This document shows positions 34,587 to 43,074 of a stretch of 43,074 nucleotides of DNA, in pieces (position 1 is the first letter of the stretch; each line of letters begins with the position of its first letter). The notes under the pieces were generated by a model. The model saw only the letters and a list, made by a program, of their open reading frames with translations, had not been told where the DNA came from and did no database searches. The DNA is from a virus: positions 1-43,074 of IMG/VR virus record IMGVR_UViG_3300045988_114939. One strand, written 5' to 3'. Position numbers and translations under genes: made by a program.

Positions 34587-34790
34587 ATGGGATGCAAGGT
34601 TACGTTAATCGAGTTGTTCAACGACACTTTGGGCGTAACGCGAGAGTTTGAAGTAACGCACGCCGCTCGCCTGTTGGCAATGCCCAACAATGGCGGGTGG
34701 CGTTTGCCCGAAAAAAGTAATTACACATTCAACGGCCATGATATTGAGTTTAGACGAGATAAGGCAGATAATCGAGCAGCCCAAGAATAG
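34587..34790 (+). CDS. Hypothetical small protein
   Basis: 67-aa ORF starting 3 nt after the previous stop. Overlaps the probable portal start. Confidence 0.35.
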   Translation: MGCKVTLIELFNDTLGVTREFEVTHAARLLAMPNNGGWRLPEKSNYTFNGHDIEFRRDKADNRAAQE

Positions 34791-36471
34791 GGACGCCATT
34801 GACAAGGCGCGCGCGCAGCAGGAGCGGATTAAGTTCCACACTTGCACGAATGTCACGCCTAACCTTAATAGGCCGCTTTCCGATTTTTTGGGCATGGTTG
34901 GTAACTTGCTACCAAAGGACAAGTTCCGCCAATTCAAACTAATGTTTCGCTTTCCAGTCAGAACGAACAGGACGGCAGGAACTATTTTTGACAAGTTAAG
35001 CCGTGTGTTCGATGGGCGAAATCCTGCGTTTAACTACCAATTCACTGACACAAGTCTTCGAGAAGATTGGGAGAAGTACCGCACAGAGGTACTGAATGAG
35101 CCGAAAATTTGGGCAACGCGTGGATGGGATTATTTCAAAACCGAAATAAACTCTATTCTTGTAGTCGATATGCCGCACGAGCCTAACAAGTCGGACGAGT
35201 TCGAGCAGCCTTATTTTTATTGGTTGACCATCGACAACGTTATAAGCTATGTCGCCCAACCATGTGGACAAATGGAGTTTATTGCGTTCAAACAGCCAAA
35301 CGACAGAATAGCAGTTATAGACGATGCTTATTATCGTGTGTATTCATACAAGGATGGTGTGTTGTCTATAAGTCCTATTGTTGAGAAGTCGCACGGCCTA
35401 GGCTACACGCCAGCAAGGTTTTTTTGGGGCGAGCCGTTGAACATTTCAAACCCCGATATTAAGAAAAGCCCCTTATCGCTTGAATTAGAGTCGCTTGAAT
35501 GGTTTTTGTTTTTCCACCTATCTAAGCGAAACTTAGACTTGTACGGCGCATATCCAATATACAGCGGTTACGAAATGGAGTGCGATTTTCACAATGACGA
35601 GAGCGGGGAGCATTGTAGCGGCGGTTTTCTGAAAGACAAAAAAGACAATTATCTGTATGATGCTAGCGGCCTGTTAATGCGATGCCCCAAATGTGGCGAT
35701 AAGCGGATTGCGGGCGTTGGCTCGTTTATCGAAATTCCAATACCACAGACAGGCGCAGCAGGGGAGGAACAACCCGATTTGCGCAATCCAATTCAGATGC
35801 TCACCGTTGACCGCAGTTCTTTGGACTACAACACAGAGGAAAGCGTAAGGCTTGAAACGGATATTGTTAAGGCATGTGTAGGCACGGACACCGAGGGACT
35901 TGTTAACACGCAAGCTATCAACGAAAAGCAAGTTAACGCCAACTTTGAAAGTCAAACAACCATTCTGAACAACATTAAGAAAGGCTTTGAGGATGCGCAA
36001 AAATGGGTTGACACAACAATTTGCCTACTTCGTTACAAAAAGGGCTTTTTGGGCGCAACGATAAGTTACGGCACAGAGTTCTACAATTTGAGCGCAAACG
36101 ACTTGCGAAAGCAATACAAGGATGCCAAGGATAGCGGCGCGAGTGATGCCGAACTAGATGCCTTGCAAACTCAAATTTTGGAAACAGAATACCGCAATAA
36201 CCCAGCAGAGTTAAAGCGAATGCTAATCTTACGAGAATTAGAGCCATACCCACACTTGACACTTTCAGAAGTGGCAGAATATCATGGTAAGGGCATTATT
36301 TCCAATGAAGATTTGGCAGTTAAACTGAATTTCTCTAACTTTGTTAGAAAATTTGAACGAGAGAACGCCAATATATTAGATTTTGGCAGTGAAATAGACT
36401 TTTACAAGAAAATAGATATTATTAAACAAACATTTAACGATTATGCAGGACAACAACAAAACCCCGCTTGA
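34738..36471 (+). CDS. Portal protein (by position and size)
   Basis: About 577 aa, in the first large ORF after terL and upstream of the scaffold and capsid genes. The frame is open from 34690. Confidence 0.55.
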   Translation: MILSLDEIRQIIEQPKNRDAIDKARAQQERIKFHTCTNVTPNLNRPLSDFLGMVGNLLPKDKFRQFKLMFRFPVRTNRTAGTIFDKLSRVFDGRNPAFNYQFTDTSLREDWEKYRTEVLNEPKIWATRGWDYFKTEINSILVVDMPHEPNKSDEFEQPYFYWLTIDNVISYVAQPCGQMEFIAFKQPNDRIAVIDDAYYRVYSYKDGVLSISPIVEKSHGLGYTPARFFWGEPLNISNPDIKKSPLSLELESLEWFLFFHLSKRNLDLYGAYPIYSGYEMECDFHNDESGEHCSGGFLKDKKDNYLYDASGLLMRCPKCGDKRIAGVGSFIEIPIPQTGAAGEEQPDLRNPIQMLTVDRSSLDYNTEESVRLETDIVKACVGTDTEGLVNTQAINEKQVNANFESQTTILNNIKKGFEDAQKWVDTTICLLRYKKGFLGATISYGTEFYNLSANDLRKQYKDAKDSGASDAELDALQTQILETEYRNNPAELKRMLILRELEPYPHLTLSEVAEYHGKGIISNEDLAVKLNFSNFVRKFERENANILDFGSEIDFYKKIDIIKQTFNDYAGQQQNPA

Positions 36472-36877
36472 CCAAATAGCGGAAAACTACCAAGTACAGG
36501 AGGGTACAGAACATCTGTACCATGTGGCTCTTTGGATGGAGGAGTACGACCCGAAAACAGGTAAGCCAGTCCACACGCCAACAACCGATGTGTTTGGCGT
36601 TCAAACTTTCGAGAGAAACGTAAGTAACTTTAAGAAGTTGGGCTACACGCTGAAAGTATTGCACGACCCGCGCGAGTTCTTGAAGAACCAAGCCGAGCAG
36701 GCAGCCGCACGCGCTGAACAAGAAGAGCAAGACAAGATTAAACGAGCATTGCAAAAGCAGCGCGAGGAGTTCGAGAAAACGCGCCAAGCGGATATTGAAC
36801 AGGCTGTTAACAAGGCATTAGCCGAGCGCGACAAGCAGGCCGAGCAGTCTGAAAAGCCAAAAAAACAAGAAAAGTAA
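36443..36877 (+). CDS. Head-module protein with a charged coiled-coil C-terminus
   Basis: 144 aa. Overlaps the portal 3' end by 29 nt. Confidence 0.45.
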   Translation: MQDNNKTPLDQIAENYQVQEGTEHLYHVALWMEEYDPKTGKPVHTPTTDVFGVQTFERNVSNFKKLGYTLKVLHDPREFLKNQAEQAAARAEQEEQDKIKRALQKQREEFEKTRQADIEQAVNKALAERDKQAEQSEKPKKQEK

Positions 36878-36912
36878 AAAGTTTACAAATCAATAACAAA
36901 GGGTAAGTTATT

Positions 36913-37854
36913 ATGGCATTAACGCAAGAAACGATTAAAGCTAACACAGAATTAGCAGGCTTAACAGACCAGCAAGTTAGCGCATTGGTTCAGATGAGCC
37001 AAAACGATGAAAACGATGTTATCGGCCGCCGCATTGGTGAGTTGTACCGAGGTATGGACGAAAGCATTGCAAGCGCAACGGGTATAGCGCGCAATGGCGA
37101 TGAGAAAACTTACAACTACCTCAAGCGCGCCGCTTTGGAGTTGAAAGCGAAAGCAGACGGAGCAGCAGCGCACCAAACTGAAATTGAAAACCTCAAAGCA
37201 GAGAAGACACGCTTAGAGGAAATTGTCGCAAAGGGTGGCGACAACAAGGAGGTTACGGCACAGCTTGAAAGAGCAAAGGCGGATTTGGCCAATGTGCAAA
37301 AAGAGTTTACCGAACTTAAAAAAACGAACGAAAGGCAAAAAGGCGATTTTGAAAAGCAGTTGCTAAACAACAAGATTGAGAACGAGTTGCGCAATGCTAC
37401 TGCTAACTTGAAGTTTAAAGCCGAATTGCCCGAAAGCGTTATAAAAATGATTGTTGCACAAACCCTCGAAAAGGTTAAAGGGTTCAAACCTCAATTCGAG
37501 GACGATGGCAAGGGCGGCAAAGTCCTTACATTCCACAATGAAGACGGCAGTGTGATGCGCAATGCGGCTACCAACTTAATGCCTTATTCAGCCGCCGAAC
37601 TGATAACGCGTGAATTGAACGAAATGAAAGTTTTGGACACGCAAACACAAGGCGGTAGCGGCACTAAGCCGACAGGGCAGGGCGGTGGCGCGCCTATCAG
37701 CGTTTCGGGCGCAAAGACCCGTTCGGAGTTCATCGACCTAGCAGCACAGACACTAGCAGCGCAGGGCGTTGTACGTGGTTCAAAAGACTATTACGTACAG
37801 ATGGACAAGATTTGCGGAGAAAGCGAGGAATATCAAGCTTTACCAGTTATTTAG
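36913..37854 (+). CDS. Scaffolding-like protein
   Basis: 313 aa. Coiled coil rich in Ala, Glu and Lys, with a Gly-rich segment. Lies immediately upstream of the capsid candidate. Confidence 0.5.
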   Translation: MALTQETIKANTELAGLTDQQVSALVQMSQNDENDVIGRRIGELYRGMDESIASATGIARNGDEKTYNYLKRAALELKAKADGAAAHQTEIENLKAEKTRLEEIVAKGGDNKEVTAQLERAKADLANVQKEFTELKKTNERQKGDFEKQLLNNKIENELRNATANLKFKAELPESVIKMIVAQTLEKVKGFKPQFEDDGKGGKVLTFHNEDGSVMRNAATNLMPYSAAELITRELNEMKVLDTQTQGGSGTKPTGQGGGAPISVSGAKTRSEFIDLAAQTLAAQGVVRGSKDYYVQMDKICGESEEYQALPVI

Positions 37855-37912
37855 TATTATTATTCGGGCAGTGGGTTAGCCTATTTTTCGTAACACATAA
37901 AATTTTAGAATT

Positions 37913-39025
37913 ATGTCCCTATTAGCAACCGTAGTCCAAGACTTACGACTACAAGCAAACGAACTAGACCGCAATATGGTTCAGATGGGCGAATACGGCG
38001 CGTTTGACTTCTTTATGCAGCAAACGAACTCGCCCACGTCAATCGTTCCCGAAGATGTGCGCCAAGCCGCATTTAACAGCATGGGAATGGACGTTTCAAT
38101 ACCAGTTATAGACTATAACGGCGGCGTAACGGTTACGAACTCACGTTCGTGTACCATCCCAGACAATGACAATACTTCCAAGCTGTACAAACTTGTTTGG
38201 ACAACTTTGAGTACAGGTTTCTCAATTGTTCCGTCTGCCTACTCTAACAACAGCATTGGTTTGCAGCGCGATATGTTACGCAAGTATCAGAATTGCGCGC
38301 GCGCTCTGCTTGAGAAGATTGACAGCCTAGCAGTAGCGGCCTTGGAATTGAACAAAACGCAGGTATTCAACAACCCAGCTTATTACGACAAGACTGGCAA
38401 TGTTATTAACGTGCCTTGGCTCATGCGTGAGAGCATTCTAGGCGATAGCGGCGCAATGATGCGTGCCAACAAGTACGGCGGACAATTGCACGTTATCGGT
38501 AATTCGGGCATTGATATTAACGTTAGGCAGCTAGCGCAGAGCGGTGTCTACAACGAGAAGAACAAGCGTTTGGAGTTCACAGACAAAATTCTACACTATA
38601 CCAACTCGATTGCTAACGAGAGTGGCAAGTTTGGTACTGGTTATGTCGTTGAGGATGGTAATTGCGCCATTCTTACGCGTGTAGACCGCGATGCCGCGCG
38701 TAACGCGAAATCAACTGGCCACGAGTGGGGAACGGTGATGCTACCTTGGTTTGACCTTGTTCTAGGTTATCACAAGACAGACACCACGGGCGACCAAAGC
38801 GCAACCAATGGAAAAGGCACGGCCGACCTAACTTGTAGCCCCAAGGAATATTACGGATTTAGCATTGACGTTTGTTTTGTTGTAGCATACAACAGCGCAC
38901 CGGCTACAATCGCTAACCCCGTGATGAAGTTCCAAATCGAAAGGCCAGTTGGTGGCGTGCCGTCGGCTAATCCTGTATTCATTACCAATGATGCCACTAA
39001 TCCAGTTAAGACCAAAGCGGTTTAA
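37913..39025 (+). CDS. Major capsid protein candidate
   Basis: 370 aa. Follows the scaffold-like gene and is followed by a GC-rich hairpin. Confidence 0.55.
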   Translation: MSLLATVVQDLRLQANELDRNMVQMGEYGAFDFFMQQTNSPTSIVPEDVRQAAFNSMGMDVSIPVIDYNGGVTVTNSRSCTIPDNDNTSKLYKLVWTTLSTGFSIVPSAYSNNSIGLQRDMLRKYQNCARALLEKIDSLAVAALELNKTQVFNNPAYYDKTGNVINVPWLMRESILGDSGAMMRANKYGGQLHVIGNSGIDINVRQLAQSGVYNEKNKRLEFTDKILHYTNSIANESGKFGTGYVVEDGNCAILTRVDRDAARNAKSTGHEWGTVMLPWFDLVLGYHKTDTTGDQSATNGKGTADLTCSPKEYYGFSIDVCFVVAYNSAPATIANPVMKFQIERPVGGVPSANPVFITNDATNPVKTKAV

Positions 39026-39050
39026 CTTTGTTGTTTTCATAATGTGTACC

Positions 39051-39079
39051 GAGGGGGTGGGGCTAGACCCTATCCCCTC
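39051..39079 (+). terminator. Hairpin after the capsid gene
   Basis: GAGGGG (39051-56) pairs with CCCCTC (39074-79). Confidence 0.45.
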
Positions 39080-39094
39080 ACTTTGCTTTAAAAT

Positions 39095-40447
39095 ATGTAT
39101 AGACTAGGTTACATCGAAGATAAGTTGTTGAATTTGGTTGGGTGGCGGCAAGACTACAATCCAGCCAAGGCAATTAACGAGGATTTGACAAAGAGCGAAA
39201 GCGGTTTGTTGTTCCAAGATGCGCACCCACTTGTTACGCTTAACAATATACGCTCGATTATCCCCGAAGACTTTATATTTCATTACCCCGAATGGAATGA
39301 GTTTAGGACGTACCACCGAGGGCAAAAAGTGAGATATAGGGATAGAGTTTATATTGCGCTCAAAGAGAGCATAAACGAAACGCCCGACACACATGTAAGC
39401 GATTTCAACGATGATTACGCGCGACAAGATTTCGGCGCAGGTGATAAGCCGTGGGCAGGATATTACCTATTGAACGAGTATCTACAAGACCTTACACGCG
39501 CTGGTATTCGGAAGATGGTACAAACGTTTATCCAAACAAAAGAGTTGGCCGAGGAAACAAAGACGTTACTCGACCGCGTTTCTTTTTTTGATGGTGCAGG
39601 CCGAATTAGCAATGTTATTGAGAATACCAACTCATTCGTAGGAATGGAACTAACGCCCATTCGCAGCATGGGGGTAACGGCCAAGATAGAGCGTATAGGG
39701 CTGCAAGTGTCTGGCGCAACTGGTACGATTAGGCTATACTTGTTCCATTCGTCACGCGTTGAGCCTATTTCGTTTGTTGACGTGGAAATAACAAAGGCAA
39801 ACGGCATGTTTGTTTGGGTGTCGCCCAAAGATTGGTATCTGCCATATATGGGTAACAGCACCAATTCGGGCGGCTCATGGTACATCGGTTACGACCAAAA
39901 CGCCTTGCCTATTGGTATGGAAAGTATCAATGTATCGAAAGATTGGAGTAGAGAGCCGTGCGGTACGTGCAATATGGGTGACGTTAATGTTTGGCGCGAA
40001 CTTACGAAATACTTACAAATTAGCCCCTTTAAGAAAGGCGTTGACAGCAATTGGAGCAGCCGCCCCGAATTGTTCGATAACGGCGATATAATTTATCAAA
40101 GCACATTCAATTTTGGGCTAAACGTGGAAGTGTCCGTATCGTGTGACTTGTCGGAGTTTATTGTAGAGCAACGCAGCATTTTTGCAACGGCATTGCAGCA
40201 GCAAGTAGCGGCCATAGTATTGCGCACAATGGCGTTAAACCCCGAAACGAGAGTTAACCGAAACCAAGTCAACGCCAGCCGTATGGACTTGCTTTATGAA
40301 CTAGACGGCAACACCAGCGGAACAAGACCGAGCGGCCTAGGCCACGAGTTAAAAAAGACCTATGCGGCCTTACGATTGAACACGCAAGGGATAGACCGCA
40401 TTTGCTTGAAGTGCAACAATCATGGCGTTAAATACAGGGTGGTGTAA
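39095..40447 (+). CDS. Virion-module protein, function unknown
   Basis: 450-aa ORF. Confidence 0.5.
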   Translation: MYRLGYIEDKLLNLVGWRQDYNPAKAINEDLTKSESGLLFQDAHPLVTLNNIRSIIPEDFIFHYPEWNEFRTYHRGQKVRYRDRVYIALKESINETPDTHVSDFNDDYARQDFGAGDKPWAGYYLLNEYLQDLTRAGIRKMVQTFIQTKELAEETKTLLDRVSFFDGAGRISNVIENTNSFVGMELTPIRSMGVTAKIERIGLQVSGATGTIRLYLFHSSRVEPISFVDVEITKANGMFVWVSPKDWYLPYMGNSTNSGGSWYIGYDQNALPIGMESINVSKDWSREPCGTCNMGDVNVWRELTKYLQISPFKKGVDSNWSSRPELFDNGDIIYQSTFNFGLNVEVSVSCDLSEFIVEQRSIFATALQQQVAAIVLRTMALNPETRVNRNQVNASRMDLLYELDGNTSGTRPSGLGHELKKTYAALRLNTQGIDRICLKCNNHGVKYRVV

Positions 40448-40896
40448 TGGTTTTTAAGCAACTCGCAGACAACTTGCGCGATTTCAACGAAAAGCTAACA
40501 AATGGTGAGTATATTGCGCAAATCATAATCGACAATGAACCATATATTGTCGATATGAACGCAGAAGTACAGCTATATGAGCAAGGCGAGAATGCGCTCG
40601 GAATGTCAATTGCAGATTACCAGCCTTACAGGCCACTAACGATAAAGATTAAAGAGGAAAAGGGACAGCCAACAAACCGCGTGACACTTCGCGATGAGGG
40701 AGAGTTTGAAAGTTCTTTTTTCATTGAGGTCGGAAACGAAAGCTTTACAATCAAAGCGAGCGACTTTAAGACAGAAGAATTGGTAAAAAAGTATGGAGAG
40801 ATAATGGGCTTAAACGCAGAGCATCGCGCGGAGTTGATTTGGGAGTACATTTACCCCGAAATTATGGATAAGTTAAAAGAGATATTAGCAAAATGA
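40447..40896 (+). CDS. Head-tail joining module protein (by position)
   Basis: 149 aa with a TAATG overlap. Confidence 0.45.
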   Translation: MVFKQLADNLRDFNEKLTNGEYIAQIIIDNEPYIVDMNAEVQLYEQGENALGMSIADYQPYRPLTIKIKEEKGQPTNRVTLRDEGEFESSFFIEVGNESFTIKASDFKTEELVKKYGEIMGLNAEHRAELIWEYIYPEIMDKLKEILAK

Positions 40897-41510
40897 GGTC
40901 AATGACAAACAAAAAAGCAATAACGCCGATAATGGATAACGCCGTTATGCTAGATAAGGCAATATCAGATTTGCAGCTAGGTTTAGCAAGCACAATAGGT
41001 TGGCTAGATGCCATTTTTGGCCGCGCACAGCGTATAACGCGAGTTGTTAACGGAAAGACTTACAAAGAGCCATTTGTCTATGCAGGCGGCACGAATTACA
41101 CCAAGGGTAACTATGATAATGACTATCTAGGCGTTAGCCCCGATGGCAATATAGGCAATTTCGCTTTTTTCGATGTGAATGAGCCGCACAGAATAGAGCC
41201 ATATAACCGAGGTGTGCAGAATACAATCAAAACGCCATTCGCGTTAATTGTGTGGGTTGACTTGCGCCACGTGTTCAACAGCACCAAAGACCGCAATACG
41301 GAGCAGTTGAAAGCACAGCTTTTGCGCGAACTTAACGGAGGGTTTAAGCACCCAAATTGCGGCTATGAGTTCAACAAGATATACGAATTATCAGAGAACA
41401 TTTATAAGGGCTATACACTTGACGAAACGACAAATCAATATTTGATGCACCCTTATTGGGCGTGTCGGATAGAGGGAGAAATAAAATACAACGAACCTTG
41501 TTACAAATAA
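40893..41510 (+). CDS. Tail-module protein, possibly major tail (by position)
   Basis: 205 aa with an ATGA overlap. Confidence 0.4.
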   Translation: MRSMTNKKAITPIMDNAVMLDKAISDLQLGLASTIGWLDAIFGRAQRITRVVNGKTYKEPFVYAGGTNYTKGNYDNDYLGVSPDGNIGNFAFFDVNEPHRIEPYNRGVQNTIKTPFALIVWVDLRHVFNSTKDRNTEQLKAQLLRELNGGFKHPNCGYEFNKIYELSENIYKGYTLDETTNQYLMHPYWACRIEGEIKYNEPCYK

Positions 41511-41522
41511 AATAAAGAAAAT

Positions 41523-41783
41523 ATGGAAGTTAAATTTTTGAATGCAGTTATATTAGTGTCCTTTTTGGCCGCTTTTGTGCTTTTGTTCTTGCGAAAGATT
41601 GGAATTATCGAGCATTTGCAAGTTAAAGGCAATGAGTTTTTCTCAAAGATGGCGCATTGCGAATTTTGTCTAAGTTGGTGGATGTGCTGTTTACTCGCCT
41701 TTATCCTAATAGTGTTATCGCACGATGCAAGTTACATCGCATTGCCGCTTTTCGCCACGCCCCTAACACGTTATCTGCTATGA
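41523..41783 (+). CDS. Small two-pass membrane protein (DUF1360-like CxxC-W motif)
   Basis: 86 aa. Hydrophobic helices and CEFCLSWW. Confidence 0.45.
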   Translation: MEVKFLNAVILVSFLAAFVLLFLRKIGIIEHLQVKGNEFFSKMAHCEFCLSWWMCCLLAFILIVLSHDASYIALPLFATPLTRYLL

Positions 41784-42550
41784 AACAAATAAAGCTAGGT
41801 AAGCATTTGGTGAAGTTGTATGATGATATTTCGGAATTGCCGATAAAGAGATTTCACAAGTACAACAAACTGCTACTAGTCGATGCAGGAATAGGGTCAG
41901 ACCTAGCCGACTTCGATGCACACATAGAACGAGTTGTGCGGTACATCCAAAATGGCAACAAGGATGCAGCGGGGCAAGAATTGTTGAACATGCGACAAAA
42001 CTTGTATGCGGTACAGGCGGAGTTAAGCCCGAAACACAGCGCATTCGCCTGCCTTGTGTCAGAAGTTGACGGAGTGCCACGTAATGATATATCCGATGAT
42101 GCTTTGCGCGAAACGCTAGGCATGCTTAGTAGTGTTAGTGTTAGCGAGTTGGCCGCCCAGTTTGGAGCGGTCAAAAAAAAAATAGAAGATGACTTGCGCG
42201 TTTATTTTCCAAACTCATTTGACGATGTTTCAACAAAAGAATATTACGACCAGTTAAAGCGGCACACAATGCTAGTTTTGCAGGATATTGCCGAGGGAGG
42301 GAATAACGAACAAACAAAGCAGCAGATAGAGCAGATTACGAACGTACTGATAACGTATGCTAAGCCCAAATCGTACGAGGGCAAGGAGAGCGTTGAAATT
42401 AAGTACGACAAGCAATTTGAAAACATGTGTCTAGTTTTAAGCAAGCATTTGCACGTCAACCCGAAAGAATTTACCGTACTAGAATTTTTCAACTCATACG
42501 AATACATGGAAGATGAAGTTAAGCGACAGAGTAAGGCAGCTAAGCATTGA
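41780..42550 (+). CDS. Protein at the tail-assembly-chaperone position (immediately upstream of the tape measure)
   Basis: 256 aa counted from the ATG that overlaps the previous stop (ATGA). The same frame is open upstream from 41636. Confidence 0.45.
   Translation: MKQIKLGKHLVKLYDDISELPIKRFHKYNKLLLVDAGIGSDLADFDAHIERVVRYIQNGNKDAAGQELLNMRQNLYAVQAELSPKHSAFACLVSEVDGVPRNDISDDALRETLGMLSSVSVSELAAQFGAVKKKIEDDLRVYFPNSFDDVSTKEYYDQLKRHTMLVLQDIAEGGNNEQTKQQIEQITNVLITYAKPKSYEGKESVEIKYDKQFENMCLVLSKHLHVNPKEFTVLEFFNSYEYMEDEVKRQSKAAKH
42173..42182 (+). repeat. A10 homopolymer inside the pre-tape-measure gene
   Basis: Counted directly. It encodes KKK-I in frame 0. Both alternative frames reach a stop within four codons. 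Confidence 0.9.
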
Positions 42551-42569
42551 TTTGCGTTAGCGGCCTTAT

Positions 42570-43074
42570 ATGGCATTAAGTGAGTATATACGCGACAGAA
42601 CAAGAATAAAGCCGACAGGCGCAAAAGAACAGCTAAATATGGCAACAGAAGTAAACCCCATACATTACAAAGATTTAGTTTCGCCCGATAACTCGATAAC
42701 GGACTTAATTAAGCAGCTAGACGAACTTTCGGACACGTACACCAATACGCTCAAGAACATAAAGGGCGAGGCCATTCAATTAACGGCTAGTTTAAAGGGC
42801 GTAAGTGGCGCGACCGAGGAGGGGCGGCAAGCCACGCGCAAGGCATCGAGCGATGCCGAGAAGTTGGCAAGGGCGTACCGCGAAACAGCCTTTGCGGAGA
42901 GCGAAACCGCCAAGAAGATAGCCGAGTTAAAGCAGGCCACGCGCGAGGCTAATGAACTGAACAAACTTAACGTTAAACTAGCGCAGTCGGCCGAGGGGAG
43001 TTACAATAAACTATCCGCGCAATATTCTATCAATAAAATATACCTCAACGGCATGACACGCGCGGAGCGTGAAC
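42570..43074 (+). CDS. Tape measure protein, 5' portion (runs off the window end and continues at position 56 of the circle)
   Basis: Translated by hand: MALSEYIRDRTRIKPTGAKEQ ... NKLSAQYSINKIYLNGMTRAERE, with no stop. It is in phase with the ORF at 34..3423. Confidence 0.8.
   Translation, partial: MALSEYIRDRTRIKPTGAKEQLNMATEVNPIHYKDLVSPDNSITDLIKQLDELSDTYTNTLKNIKGEAIQLTASLKGVSGATEEGRQATRKASSDAEKLARAYRETAFAESETAKKIAELKQATREANELNKLNVKLAQSAEGSYNKLSAQYSINKIYLNGMTRAERE
43020..43074. repeat. 55-bp terminal direct repeat, identical to 1..55
   Basis: Compared base by base. Confidence 0.95.

Noticed and set aside
41636-41783. Possible -1 programmed frameshift (G/GT-like) from the 86-aa ORF into the overlapping frame of the next gene
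   Set aside because: The -1 frame is open from 41636, and GAG TTT TTC at 41634-42 partly resembles a slippery site. However, it is not a true X XXY YYZ heptamer (G, not T, precedes the run). The upstream ORF is a hydrophobic membrane protein, unlike soluble gpG chaperones. The downstream gene has its own ATG in an ATGA overlap.
1-43074. Lysogeny module (integrase, excisionase, CI-type repressor pair) or attP site
   Set aside because: No tyrosine or serine recombinase motifs were seen in any ORF. The only candidate regulators are a small XRE-like HTH protein and an RHH protein. I therefore make no temperate call, although absence judged by eye is weak evidence.

Overview
The window looks like one complete tailed dsDNA phage genome, assembled as a circle. 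The first 55 bp are identical to the last 55 bp, leaving about 43,019 bp of unique sequence, and the tape-measure gene reads in frame across that junction. Every credible gene is on the + strand and packing is very tight, with many ATGA or TAATG stop/start overlaps. Going round the circle, the modules are as follows.
- **Packaging and virion (31.4 kb, through the junction, to 9.8 kb):** terminase small and large subunits, portal, scaffold-like protein, major capsid candidate, tail genes, a roughly 1290-aa tape measure, tail-tip proteins, a tail fibre with a collagen-like motif, and two BspA-type leucine-rich-repeat proteins.
- **Lysis cassette (10.3-12.4 kb):** two membrane proteins, an Amidase_2/PGRP-type endolysin and an N-terminally anchored protein.
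- **Early, replication and anti-defence region (12.6-31.3 kb):** an XRE-like HTH protein, a PD-(D/E)XK nuclease, a winged-helix replication initiator carrying internal 33-bp iterons, a RuvC-like resolvase, an SMC-like ATPase, a ParB-like nuclease-domain protein, a DEDDh exonuclease, an HNH endonuclease, a DUF1874/AcrIII-1-like ring nuclease, an RHH protein, SSB, an ASCH protein and an N6-adenine methyltransferase.

I recognised no integrase, DNA polymerase, helicase or primase. Promoter-like sites match the Bacteroidota sigma-A consensus (-33 TTTG, -7 TAnnTTTG). Starts sit in A-rich AAAAAGATG contexts without Shine-Dalgarno sequences. Both point to a Bacteroidota (probably Bacteroidales) host.

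The most unusual feature is an ORF-free, hairpin-rich stretch of about 680 nt at 25.65-26.34 kb. It has its own canonical promoter and a terminator, and I interpret it as a large structured non-coding RNA that I could not assign to a known family. Other notable points:
- a repeated early promoter plus leader cassette whose hairpin covaries between copies;
- a G9 tract that separates a signal-peptide-like mini-ORF from an LRR gene by exactly one frame;
- an iteron plus AT-rich origin candidate inside the initiator gene.

All functional calls come from motif recognition by eye. No database search was run.
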